A stretch of 64,000 nucleotides of DNA. Source: Patescibacteria group bacterium. Lineage in GTDB: Bacteria > Patescibacteriota > Microgenomatia > UBA8517. The position numbers and the translations under genes were made by a program. A model generated the notes under the pieces. That model worked only from the letters and a program-made list of their open reading frames with translations, had not been told where the DNA came from and did no database searches. The stretch is from NCBI GenBank assembly GCA_036381415.1, contig DASVCV010000003.1, positions 4,162 through 68,161 of the forward strand. Direction: 5' to 3'. Positions 9,794 to 18,544 of the stretch are shown piece by piece (the first letter of the stretch is position 1; every line of letters starts with the position of its first letter).

Positions 9794-10336
9794 TTATTCA
9801 AGGGAATTTACGTTGTTAACATAATAGTCTTTGATTTTCTCATTCTTACCAAACAGAAAACTTGCTTTCACTAAAGATCCTGACAAAACTTTAGGCAACC
9901 AGAACTTATCATCTGGCCACATTTTATTATATGGAATGTCTTTTACTTTAAACCATTGAGGCTTCATTTCCTCAGATTCAACTGGTTCTCCTTGCCACTT
10001 GGTTGCAGTAAATACATGAACTTGCTGGTGTTCACCCTTATCATGAGAGGAATAGAAACTTAATACTGCTACTTTTTTTGGTTCTAAAGGGATAACATCA
10101 ATTTCTTCTTTTGATTCTCTAATTGCTGTTTGTTCTATTTTTTCACCGGGATTTGGCTTTCCCCCTACCCCATTCCACTTATTAACTCCAAAACCTCTTT
10201 TCTTCATTGCAAGTAAAATTTCATCACCTTTTAAAAGAAAAACAATGGTAGCTTGTCTTAGTGGAGCCTCTAGACTTTGTTCATATTCAACGAGTTTCAT
10301 TTGAGGCATTCTATTCCAAAAATTAAAAGGAAACAA
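9794..10336 (-). CDS. NUDIX hydrolase (MutT-like)
   Basis: Nudix box GGKPNPGEKIEQTAIRESKEEIDV (GX5EX7REUXEEXGU). Paralogous to 15277..15780. Confidence 0.8.
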   Translation of the reverse strand: MFPFNFWNRMPQMKLVEYEQSLEAPLRQATIVFLLKGDEILLAMKKRGFGVNKWNGVGGKPNPGEKIEQTAIRESKEEIDVIPLEPKKVAVLSFYSSHDKGEHQQVHVFTATKWQGEPVESEEMKPQWFKVKDIPYNKMWPDDKFWLPKVLSGSLVKASFLFGKNEKIKDYYVNNVNSLE

Positions 10337-10344
10337 TACTTTTT

Positions 10345-10662
10345 TTAATTTGTACTGCGAGCTTTTTTCTTTTTACTGAGCACATACTTCACTGAGGAGC
10401 TTATTGGTTTATCCTTACGATGAATGCATCCTATCCAACAACATGGCCTTCGCATTCCTTCCTTGAGTTCACTAACTGTTCTTTTAACATGCTCCTTCCT
10501 TGTTTCATCTTTCTTAACGAAGGTAACCCAGCAGATCCACTCATTACGAGCAAGAGGTGTAATGTCTTCCCAAATTGCAAGTGCTTTTGTATCAGCAGTG
10601 AGGGCTTTTCTTAAATCTGCTGGTAATTGGTGTACTACTCCAGCTGATATTTCTTTGGCCAT
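10345..10662 (-). CDS. YdeI/OmpD-associated family-like small protein
   Basis: 105 aa with the WICWVTFVKKDETRKEHVKRTVSELKEG pattern. The start overlaps the Nudix stop. Confidence 0.4.
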   Translation of the reverse strand: MAKEISAGVVHQLPADLRKALTADTKALAIWEDITPLARNEWICWVTFVKKDETRKEHVKRTVSELKEGMRRPCCWIGCIHRKDKPISSSVKYVLSKKKKARSTN

Positions 10663-10709
10663 AATATTTAAATTATTAATTCCTTCTAATTATTTTAGAA
10701 CTTATTTTA

Positions 10710-11306
10710 CTAAAATGAACCTGTTTTAACTTTTCCAGCACGTTTGTAGTTTGCAAATATTACTCCACTTGGAGAAGTTTTAGTTTCTATTAGTTTAAAT
10801 GCTTTGGGAATTGTTCCATCTTGGAATAAATGTTTTCCTTTTCCAAGAGTTATTGGGAAAATTTTTAACCAAAGTTCATCAACTAAATCATTTTTAAGGA
10901 GTGTTTGAACTAAATTTCCACTACCATAGACTTGCATGTCTGGACCATTTCCTTTTTTAAGCTTTTTTAGTTTCTCAACAACATTGTTATTTATGAATAC
11001 AGAGTTATTCCACTCATGTTTTTTTAGAGAACTTGAAACAACATACTTTGTAGCAGCATTAACTCCTGGCCACTCTTCTTCATGCTTAGGCCAATATGAA
11101 GCAAAAATTTCAAATGTTTTTCTTCCAAGAAGCAGGCTAAAAGGCTCTTTCATTTGCTTGCCCATCTCTTTTCCTGCAAAATCATCAAAATAAGGAGCAG
11201 TCCAACCTCCATATTTAAAACCACCCGATGTGTCTTCTTTGGGTCCGCCAGGAGCTTGCATTACTCCATCCAGGGTAATAAATTCAAGAACGAGAATTTT
11301 TCTCAT
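10710..11306 (-). CDS. dihydrofolate-reductase-like protein (RibD C-terminal domain family)
   Basis: MRKILVLEFITLDGVMQAPGGP..., followed by GRKTFE and a C-terminal YKR pattern. Confidence 0.7.
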   Translation of the reverse strand: MRKILVLEFITLDGVMQAPGGPKEDTSGGFKYGGWTAPYFDDFAGKEMGKQMKEPFSLLLGRKTFEIFASYWPKHEEEWPGVNAATKYVVSSSLKKHEWNNSVFINNNVVEKLKKLKKGNGPDMQVYGSGNLVQTLLKNDLVDELWLKIFPITLGKGKHLFQDGTIPKAFKLIETKTSPSGVIFANYKRAGKVKTGSF

Positions 11307-11491
11307 TCGTTATTATATCATGTGATTTTGAAGCTAATTTGCTCCAGCTGGCGGATGAAGTTAGAATTCATTTTGATAATCTTTAATTACTTCTAATCTA
11401 CAAATATCAAATTCGCAATTTATTTCATGTCTAATATTGATCACCTTGACTTATAAAATTGAAAGGATGATGCTTCTTAGTAAGAAAGAGG

Positions 11492-11923
11492 GTGATTTAT
11501 ATGGCAGAAACACAACAAGTGATTCGGGAAAAACAATCTGGGGTAACTCCAAGTGGTAAACAAGTGGTATCTGAAAAAACTCAAGTTTCATCATCAAGTG
11601 CTGAAAAATACGAGACTGTAGGTGTTATTACTAATTTGGTTCTTTATGGTGCTGGTGTTATAGAAATCTTACTTTTGTTCCGATTTATTTTAAAAATATT
11701 AGGAGCTAATCCAGGAAGCATGTTTGTATCATTTATCTATACAGTATCTGGAATCTTTGAAATGCCTTTCCGAGGAATATTTCATTCAACAGCAACTCAA
11801 GGAATTGAAACATCGTCAATTCTTGAGCCATCTACTGTAGTAGCTTTGTTTGTATATTTAGTAATTGCAGTAGGGATAACACAACTAATAAGGTTGCTTA
11901 CAGCAACAAATAAAGGAGATTAA
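11492..11923 (+). CDS. membrane protein, possibly YggT-like
   Basis: Hydrophilic N-terminus followed by 2-3 TM segments (LLLFRFILKILGANPGS...). Confidence 0.3.
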   Translation: MIYMAETQQVIREKQSGVTPSGKQVVSEKTQVSSSSAEKYETVGVITNLVLYGAGVIEILLLFRFILKILGANPGSMFVSFIYTVSGIFEMPFRGIFHSTATQGIETSSILEPSTVVALFVYLVIAVGITQLIRLLTATNKGD

Positions 11924-12059
11924 TTTATTTTACTTACTAGGAGCATTTTAGAACGTGGTTCTTGCTGGGACGATTTTGGACTAACCCTTGTTCAATCAAT
12001 CCCCTATCTGTACCACAGTATCAGCCTCAAATAAGAATGCTTATTAGTAAAAGTAAATC

Positions 12060-12440
12060 TTATTTTTTGTTCGGCACTAACATATAAATGACGCTGCTAA
12101 TAAGTGACAGCACTATGCCAAAGACGAGCGCCCAAAGTATTCCATCTACCTTAAACCCTGGGACAATGGCTGCAACTAGCATTATCATAAGAGCATTTAT
12201 AACTAAACTAAAAAGCCCTAAAGATAGAATATTTATTGGAAGTGTCAAAAGCGAAACTAAAGGCTTTATAAAAGTATTAACAACAGCTAACAATACGGCT
12301 ACAATCAGTGCTGTAACAAATCCATCAACCTTTATACCTGGCAATATATAAGCACTAATAAAAACTGCAACCCCACTTAGTATTAAGTTAATTAAAATTT
12401 GCAAATTTATCACCCCCTCACGGATTTGATTGTTGAACAT
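12060..12440 (-). CDS. phage-holin-family (DUF360/YvlD-like) membrane protein
   Basis: 126 aa with 4 TM helices and the ILPGIKVDGF...GFKVDG pattern. Confidence 0.5.
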   Translation of the reverse strand: MFNNQIREGVINLQILINLILSGVAVFISAYILPGIKVDGFVTALIVAVLLAVVNTFIKPLVSLLTLPINILSLGLFSLVINALMIMLVAAIVPGFKVDGILWALVFGIVLSLISSVIYMLVPNKK

Positions 12441-12621
12441 TTACATCAATTTTACTAGGTACATTAATAGTCGGAGTTCCCAATTGCACATTTTTAAGTG
12501 CAGGGAGTCCGTATACGAAAAATAGATATCCCACAACAACAAGGACAACAAGAACAATGATTAAGGTTATGGGTCCGCTTGAATTATCTGAGGATTGTGG
12601 ATTGTTTATAATAGTTGCCAT
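12418..12621 (-). CDS. small single-TM protein
   Basis: 67 aa with one TM (ITLIIVLVVLVVVGYLFFVYGL). Overlaps the downstream holin-like gene start. Confidence 0.3.
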   Translation of the reverse strand: MATIINNPQSSDNSSGPITLIIVLVVLVVVGYLFFVYGLPALKNVQLGTPTINVPSKIDVNVQQSNP

Positions 12622-12722
12622 ATTTCAATCACCCCCATCCCTGATAAGCTTCTCATATATAAAATATGTGGTCAAATTTTATGCTGAAGTTGTGCTTTGT
12701 CTGGTGGATGAAGTTAGATGTA

Positions 12723-13229
12723 TTACCGGTGTTCCCAATCTTCTGGAACTGGGTGTATTTCTAAATTTCTTCTTCTATAGTCTGATTCAATTTGCTTTAA
12801 GATTAGTAATCCATTTTGAGCATCATTTAATGACGGAAGCGTAGCAGGTACTATCATTCCATTGCTGTCAAGACTAACTGTAAATTGAGAACTGCCTTCT
12901 TTGTCTTTGAAATTAATACCTATTGTGCTAATTCTTCCATATTTGTCATAGACTTTACCAACAACACGGGCAACAAGATTTATTAAAACAGATCGTCCGT
13001 CTGGGGAAGTAAATTCCATTTCTGGTGTAGCGGCAACTCCACAAGGCAATTCTCTATATTTTTGCTTATGGTCTATTTGAACGTATTCTGTAGGACCGTA
13101 ATCTAGCATAATCTTTTTTGCATTACTAACAAATGTTTCAGCAGTTTCTTGTCTTTTTAATTGTTCTTGTTCTTGAAGAATTAAAAATGATACTTGGTCA
13201 AGGTGAGATCCTGTTCTATCAGTTATCAT
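12723..13229 (-). CDS. hypothetical protein
   Basis: 168-aa ORF with coding-like composition. Confidence 0.4.
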   Translation of the reverse strand: MITDRTGSHLDQVSFLILQEQEQLKRQETAETFVSNAKKIMLDYGPTEYVQIDHKQKYRELPCGVAATPEMEFTSPDGRSVLINLVARVVGKVYDKYGRISTIGINFKDKEGSSQFTVSLDSNGMIVPATLPSLNDAQNGLLILKQIESDYRRRNLEIHPVPEDWEHR

Positions 13230-13277
13230 TTGGCTGAATAATATCTATTTGTTGAAGTTGTGTCAATGTTAAAAAAA

Positions 13278-13303
13278 GCTCGCTTACTGGGAAGATTTTA
13301 GAA
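13278..13303. repeat. 26-bp direct repeat, copy 1 (second copy at 13683..13708)
   Basis: gctcgcttactgggaAgattttagaa versus gctcgcttactgggaTgattttagaa. Each copy lies at the 3' end of a consecutive minus-strand gene. Confidence 0.5.
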
Positions 13304-13634
13304 AAGTTGATTTATAAAAGTCAGAATCTGTTATCTCTTGTGCAATCCTCTTCATTTCTTCTGTAACTTCATCAGAGCCTGCCAGCACCCATTTGTTTTT
13401 GTCTAAATGAGCAAGAACTTCAGGATACATGAGCATGATACCTATTGGAATCCAATTAACACCCTGGCTACTTACTAAAGGGGAATGTCCCTCAACGCAA
13501 AAGTACTCACCATAAGTATGTTCAGGATATTTTTTGATCAGTTCTTTCCCCCAACTTCCTTCAAAAGGAACAACTTTTCTTAATGCTCTATATGGAGAGT
13601 GGTCTGCGTCAGGTTGAAATTCTGTATTTGACAT
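13284..13634 (-). CDS. hypothetical protein
   Basis: 116-aa ORF. Its 3' end lies within a 26-bp repeat. Confidence 0.4.
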   Translation of the reverse strand: MSNTEFQPDADHSPYRALRKVVPFEGSWGKELIKKYPEHTYGEYFCVEGHSPLVSSQGVNWIPIGIMLMYPEVLAHLDKNKWVLAGSDEVTEEMKRIAQEITDSDFYKSTFLKSSQ

Positions 13635-13710
13635 GAGGTATTTTAATACAAGTTTACAATACTATCAATGTAAAATAAGTTGGCTCGCTTACTGGGATGA
13701 TTTTAGAACT

Positions 13711-14349
13711 TTATGAAAATGGATCTCTAACGTCTTTCCAATCTGTGAACTGAAATTGTGTTCCAAATATTTTACCAATATAATCTCCTATATAATTAAT
13801 TATCTTAGGAATATCTTTAATCCCTTGTTGTCTTGCTTCTTTTGCTCCTACTCTCATTGCATTACCAATAACTTGTTGAGACATACTCTTATCTCCAAAT
13901 TCTCCTTCTGTTTTTGGTCCTCGATTTTCAGCCGGCCAAAAAGCAATTCTGCCGAAGGTATTAAAAATATAATTGATTTCTGCTCCACTTGATTTGGAGG
14001 TTAAATCACTTGTCGAAGGCAGACTTGAGAAAAACTTAGATTTTTCTTCACTACCTTCGTTTGCAGGTATATGAGTATGAGCTATCAAGATTACTTTTCC
14101 TACTTGTTCCTTGAATCTTTCAAATTCGTAGCCTTCTTCCCATTTTGTTGAATATTTCTTATTATCCTCGGTAACAATAAATATTACTTCAAATGGATTT
14201 GAAGCTATCTTGATAATTTCTTCTTTAGTAGGTAAACGGTCAATTTCTACTAGTTGGTTAACGAGCTGATCTTTCAATTTCGAATGGAAAACTTCAAAAG
14301 TCATGGTGGATGGGGTTGTAACTTGTGGATCCTTTTTATCTTCAGTCAT
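13711..14349 (-). CDS. hypothetical protein
   Basis: 212-aa ORF. Confidence 0.4.
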   Translation of the reverse strand: MTEDKKDPQVTTPSTMTFEVFHSKLKDQLVNQLVEIDRLPTKEEIIKIASNPFEVIFIVTEDNKKYSTKWEEGYEFERFKEQVGKVILIAHTHIPANEGSEEKSKFFSSLPSTSDLTSKSSGAEINYIFNTFGRIAFWPAENRGPKTEGEFGDKSMSQQVIGNAMRVGAKEARQQGIKDIPKIINYIGDYIGKIFGTQFQFTDWKDVRDPFS

Positions 14350-14548
14350 ATCGTAAGAATTATATCAAAGAAGTTCTGAAATCGTCCCGCTTACACTAGT
14401 CTTAGCTCCCTAGTCCTGAGATTCTAATTTCATCTTCAGAAGCCATAATCCGAGCATTCTCTAACCCAGTTCAGCTCGAAGCAATCAAGCATAAGTGGGA
14501 GGAAATAAAGAAACTTAACATGTTTAATGAAAAATTGTGTACAAACTT

Positions 14549-14585
14549 GCTGCCAAGACGGGGTCATTCCCCGTCTTTCGGCAGC
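14549..14585. other. long near-perfect inverted repeat (15-bp stem) just downstream of hsp20
   Basis: gctgccaagacgggg-tcatt-ccccgtctttcggcagc. Possibly the hsp20 terminator, but no adjacent T-tract. Confidence 0.4.
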
Positions 14586-14598
14586 AACTCATAAACCC

Positions 14599-15063
14599 TT
14601 ATTGTTTTTTGACGCTTATCTTTTTAGGCTGAGCCTCTTGAGATTTAGCAAAAGTAACTGTCATTACACCATTCTTGCATACTGCCTCTGGCTCAACATT
14701 GTGATCAACGTCTGAAGGGATAGCGACTCTATACGAAAAAGACTGAGCTGATTGGCGGTAATACTTCCTCTTCTTGTCTTTTTCTTCCTCCTTGGTCTCG
14801 CCGTGAATCCAGACATAACCATCCTGATATGTTACTTCTATATTATCTGGATCAATTCCGGGAACAGCCGCCTCAACATACACACTCTTGTCGTCTTCCG
14901 AAACAGAAAGACCAGAATTTGTCATTGCTGGTGCTGTTAACCAATTGTCATCATCGTCCCAAAATGAAGAAATACTTGGGACTGAAAAAAATCTTTTTGG
15001 TACAAGATCAGTGATCATACTTTCTTCACCTCCTTTCCTGTATTTAGCACTCATAATAATCAA
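14599..15063 (-). CDS. Hsp20/alpha-crystallin small heat-shock protein
   Basis: Alpha-crystallin domain DDKSVYVEAAVPGIDPDNIEVTYQDGYVWIHGE...SFSYRVAIP...NGVMTVTFAK. The true start may be an internal Met (MITDLVPK). Confidence 0.85.
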   Translation of the reverse strand: MIIMSAKYRKGGEESMITDLVPKRFFSVPSISSFWDDDDNWLTAPAMTNSGLSVSEDDKSVYVEAAVPGIDPDNIEVTYQDGYVWIHGETKEEEKDKKRKYYRQSAQSFSYRVAIPSDVDHNVEPEAVCKNGVMTVTFAKSQEAQPKKISVKKQ

Positions 15064-15115
15064 GTGCTAAACGTTTGTCAAGAGTCTTTTGCTAGTCTAG
15101 GAAGGTTACCAAGGG

Positions 15116-15151
15116 CTTCCAAATCCGAAGAAATCCGTAGAAAATGCTCCC
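15116..15151. promoter_or_regulatory. 36-bp conserved element, copy A, upstream of hsp20
   Basis: cttccaaatccgaagaaatccgtagaaaatgctccc is near-identical to 15824..15860. The copy sits 53-88 nt upstream of the hsp20 start on the minus strand. Confidence 0.45.
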
Positions 15152-15276
15152 AAGTTCTGAAATACTAATTCGTATAACTCAGTCTATTATAACAGCATTT
15201 TCAGATTCAGTTTCTTTTGAATCAATGAAAATAAAATGGAAAGAAATTAAGAAAATTCAATTTACAAGCCGAACCG

Positions 15277-15780
15277 TTAATCAAGAGATTGCACTTCTGT
15301 AATGTAATAATCGTCGATACTGTCATTCTCCCCAAACATAAAGCTTCCAGTTAATAACTTTCCTGCAAAAACTTTAGGCATCCAGACTTCGTCATCAACC
15401 CACATCTCCTTAAACGGAATCTCATCCAATTTGAACCACTTGGGTCTCATTTCTTCTGTTTCTACAGGTTCGCCATGCCATTCGGTTGTAGTAAACACCC
15501 ACACTTTCATACCAAAATTATTGTGTGGAAAATGATACTTGAAAACAGCTACATTTTTAAGATTTGATGGAGTAATTCCGATTTCTTCTTGAGATTCTCT
15601 TATTGCAGTGCTTTCGATATCTTCATTGGGATTTGGTTTACCACCAACACCATTCCACTTACCAACGCCAAAGCCTCTTTTTTTCATTGCCAATAAGACT
15701 TCGTCGCCTTTCAGTAAAAGTAATACGGTTGCCTCTTTTAGAGGAATCGTTAATGTCTGCTCATATTCCCTAACTCCCAT
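15277..15780 (-). CDS. NUDIX hydrolase (paralog of 9794..10336)
   Basis: Nudix box GGKPNPNEDIESTAIRESQEEIGI. About half of its residues are identical to the other copy, including C-terminal LTGSFMFGENDSIDDYY. Confidence 0.8.
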   Translation of the reverse strand: MGVREYEQTLTIPLKEATVLLLLKGDEVLLAMKKRGFGVGKWNGVGGKPNPNEDIESTAIRESQEEIGITPSNLKNVAVFKYHFPHNNFGMKVWVFTTTEWHGEPVETEEMRPKWFKLDEIPFKEMWVDDEVWMPKVFAGKLLTGSFMFGENDSIDDYYITEVQSLD

Positions 15781-15823
15781 TGATAAATATTTTACACCTT
15801 AAAAGTAATAACACCATTGAAGG

Positions 15824-15860
15824 CTTACAAATCCGAAGAAATCCGAAGAAAATGCTCCCC
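15824..15860. promoter_or_regulatory. 36-bp conserved element, copy B, upstream of the Nudix paralog
   Basis: cttacaaatccgaagaaatccgaagaaaatgctcccc, 44-80 nt upstream of the CDS start at 15780. Confidence 0.45.
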
Positions 15861-15949
15861 CTAAAGGACTTATTCATCAACAGAGTAATTGAATTTGATA
15901 TTGATTTAGAGGGACTAAAAATATTATTCAAACATCTAAATTTAGAGAT

Positions 15950-16714
15950 CTAAACAGTTGGCAAATGTAAATATTCTGTTCCAAATACTTGTTTAAAATC
16001 AAGATCGTTTAGTGCTAAGGGGAATAAATTAGGCTTGTTATAAAAATTGTGGAACGCTAGAGCTTTGCGCTTAAGAACCAGTTGAGTCTCGGTTAATTTA
16101 TAGCTATATTCAATTTCTTTGTTTAGCAAACCAAACTCCTTTGACCAATACTCTAGTTGAGGAATTAAATCTGGATTTAGTCTCTTTTTTGCGCCTGCTA
16201 ACCAATTAGACATCGCGTCTCTGTTAATAGTAATTTCTGATAGAAAGATTTGTTCTGGATATTTATTTTTGAGATGTCTTCCCACTAGATGAATTACTTT
16301 GTGGTCTTTGTTTCCATATCCCCCATTTTTGTCGTAGGACACAAGTGAAATTGGCAGTTTGATATTATTCTTTCCAAGCGCTTCAAGAAGTTCATTACCT
16401 ACATCTTCTATTTTTTGGTTCATAAGAGGAAAAACGTTTGTCCCCTGATACTTTGGCTCACTATATTTTAAGAAAATAACCGAACTTATTCCTAATATTG
16501 AACAAGCCTCGATTGTTTGTTGTTGACGTATAATTGTTTTTTCTTCTCCCTTAACTGAAGCTGCTGCCCCATATATGGCTACACATTTTCTTTTTTTTCT
16601 GGAAAGCTCATTTAATAAACCAGCAGATAAAAAAGATTCATCGTCGCAGTGAGCATGAAAGAATACGACAGGACGATTCTTTGGAAAAATTTCATCTATT
16701 TTTGTATTACTCAT
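15950..16714 (-). CDS. PIG-L/LmbE-family N-acetylglucosaminyl deacetylase
   Basis: VVFFHAHCDDESF (the HxDD zinc-binding motif of the LmbE/MshB/BshB family). The start overlaps the GT4 stop. Confidence 0.8.
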   Translation of the reverse strand: MSNTKIDEIFPKNRPVVFFHAHCDDESFLSAGLLNELSRKKRKCVAIYGAAASVKGEEKTIIRQQQTIEACSILGISSVIFLKYSEPKYQGTNVFPLMNQKIEDVGNELLEALGKNNIKLPISLVSYDKNGGYGNKDHKVIHLVGRHLKNKYPEQIFLSEITINRDAMSNWLAGAKKRLNPDLIPQLEYWSKEFGLLNKEIEYSYKLTETQLVLKRKALAFHNFYNKPNLFPLALNDLDFKQVFGTEYLHLPTV

Positions 16715-17891
16715 TTTTACTTAGATTTTCAAACAATTTAGTATCTAATCTAGATACTTCTTTTACAGATTTAAATGATTTAATAAAGTTAAGAGCTTGG
16801 GTAGAGAGGATATTCCTTTCTTTTAGAGATTCTACTGCTAGATTTGCGAATTTCTGGAAGTTTAATAGCTTAACTTTTTTAACCGCATTTGTAGCTGAAT
16901 AATTAAGTTTGGAAAAAGGAACACTCCATGTAATGACAGGTAATCCAAGGGCCAATGCTTCATTCACTACAGTTGGATAATTGTCATAATGAGAGGGATA
17001 CAGGAAAACACCACAGGAAGGCAGTATAGAATTTTTAGTTGAATCATCAGCCCACCCTTCATAATCTGCCTCAAAGTGTTTACTTTTATTTGAAACAAGC
17101 TTAGCTAAGGCTTGTTTACTAAAAGAATCGTCTGCCCTACCTAAAATAACTATTTTTACTTTTCTTCCAATCTTTATAGATATTCTTTTCAAAATATCCT
17201 CTAAATATTCCACACCTTTACCTTTTTCCATTCTAGCCATATAGGCAAAGTCATATTTTAAGTTGCTACTGATTTTGTAAGATTTATCCGCCTCAACTAC
17301 AGATGAAGCAGGCAAAACTAAAATTGGTAAATTTTTGAAATAAGTATTGAAGTAAAAAGCAACTGTTTTGTTGTTTGCTATTATTCTTACATTTTTAAAC
17401 ACTTCTTCAACTTCTTGATAGTGATTTAAAAGATAGTCTTTACGGTAAGTTGATATTCCTGAATTTGCATATTTTTCAACATCTTTTTTGAAATCTCCGC
17501 TAGGATTAGTAGGTGAAACCAAAAATGGCATAGCGTGCACTACTGTTGCGAAAGGTACTTTTCCCTTTAGGTTTTTGCCTAATTCTCTCATTAAGTCCCA
17601 TATTTCCATCTGCAGTATTACTGCGTCGGGCTTAAATTGGGTAATAAAGCTATTTATGTTTTCAACTACCTTACTCTGATCTTTAACTTCCCAACCATTA
17701 AATTCAACTGGATAATGAAAAAAGGTAATATTTTCGTAATTCTTCTTTGTGTTTTCATCATCAGGATTTTTGCCTAAACATACAATACTAATTTCATTTA
17801 ATTGAGAGAGGTATTTTAATTCTCTTGATAAACGAGCTAGGTGGCCTGCATTAGAAGATAAAGTTGAAAACGTAAGAAACATCAATCTCAT
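16707..17891 (-). CDS. glycosyltransferase family 4 (GT-B)
   Basis: 394 aa. C-terminal GT1/GT4 pattern (E...E motif region, DNYPTVVNEALALGLPVI). Confidence 0.75.
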   Translation of the reverse strand: MRLMFLTFSTLSSNAGHLARLSRELKYLSQLNEISIVCLGKNPDDENTKKNYENITFFHYPVEFNGWEVKDQSKVVENINSFITQFKPDAVILQMEIWDLMRELGKNLKGKVPFATVVHAMPFLVSPTNPSGDFKKDVEKYANSGISTYRKDYLLNHYQEVEEVFKNVRIIANNKTVAFYFNTYFKNLPILVLPASSVVEADKSYKISSNLKYDFAYMARMEKGKGVEYLEDILKRISIKIGRKVKIVILGRADDSFSKQALAKLVSNKSKHFEADYEGWADDSTKNSILPSCGVFLYPSHYDNYPTVVNEALALGLPVITWSVPFSKLNYSATNAVKKVKLLNFQKFANLAVESLKERNILSTQALNFIKSFKSVKEVSRLDTKLFENLSKNE

Positions 17892-18544
17892 AGCTGAGAC
17901 TTATTATTTTCATTAAAAATATAGATGGTTCCTACTTTTTCCTCCATTTTTCCTTCAGAATCCAAAATCATACCTGAATCTTCAGGTAGGGCTAGAACTT
18001 CAGATTTTGTCTTTTTAATTGTTTTATATACGTTTTTGTCGGCCTCTTCCTTGTAGTGACAAATTACAGACTTACCACCAAGCAGATTAAGTCCTTCGTA
18101 ATATGAATAGTTGCTATCATTTTCCTCTTCAACTGTTCTTATATCTTTGCCCAATATTATTGCTCCTGCACTTCCTCCATATACAATTCCACCATTTTTG
18201 ATAAATGTTTTGATTTTTTCATCCAATCCACTTTTTTTAATGTAATTTAGAAGTTTATAAGTGTTTCCACCACCCATATATATGGAATCATATAGCTTAA
18301 GATCTGGGATTTCGTCATCTTCCAAAAGCATTGTAAAATCTATATCTTTTTGGTTTGAGTGCTTTACAATAACTGTAGAAAACCAATCGTAGCTAGCTTC
18401 AAATCCAGTTTTGGTTCTGTTTAGTGCTATTGGAATATAGAGTATTTTTGAGTTGTTTTTAAGTAGAGAGAAATATTTTTTATCAATTCCAACACTAATA
18501 TCTATGTCTCCTCCACCTCCTAGGATAATTTTTCCCTTCTTCAT
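17888..18544 (-). CDS. peptidase S51 (dipeptidase E / cyanophycinase-like) family protein
   Basis: YMGGGNTYKLL...IVYGGSAGAIILG places the S51 catalytic Ser in GGSAG context. Overlaps neighbours on both sides. Confidence 0.6.
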   Translation of the reverse strand: MKKGKIILGGGGDIDISVGIDKKYFSLLKNNSKILYIPIALNRTKTGFEASYDWFSTVIVKHSNQKDIDFTMLLEDDEIPDLKLYDSIYMGGGNTYKLLNYIKKSGLDEKIKTFIKNGGIVYGGSAGAIILGKDIRTVEEENDSNYSYYEGLNLLGGKSVICHYKEEADKNVYKTIKKTKSEVLALPEDSGMILDSEGKMEEKVGTIYIFNENNKSQL

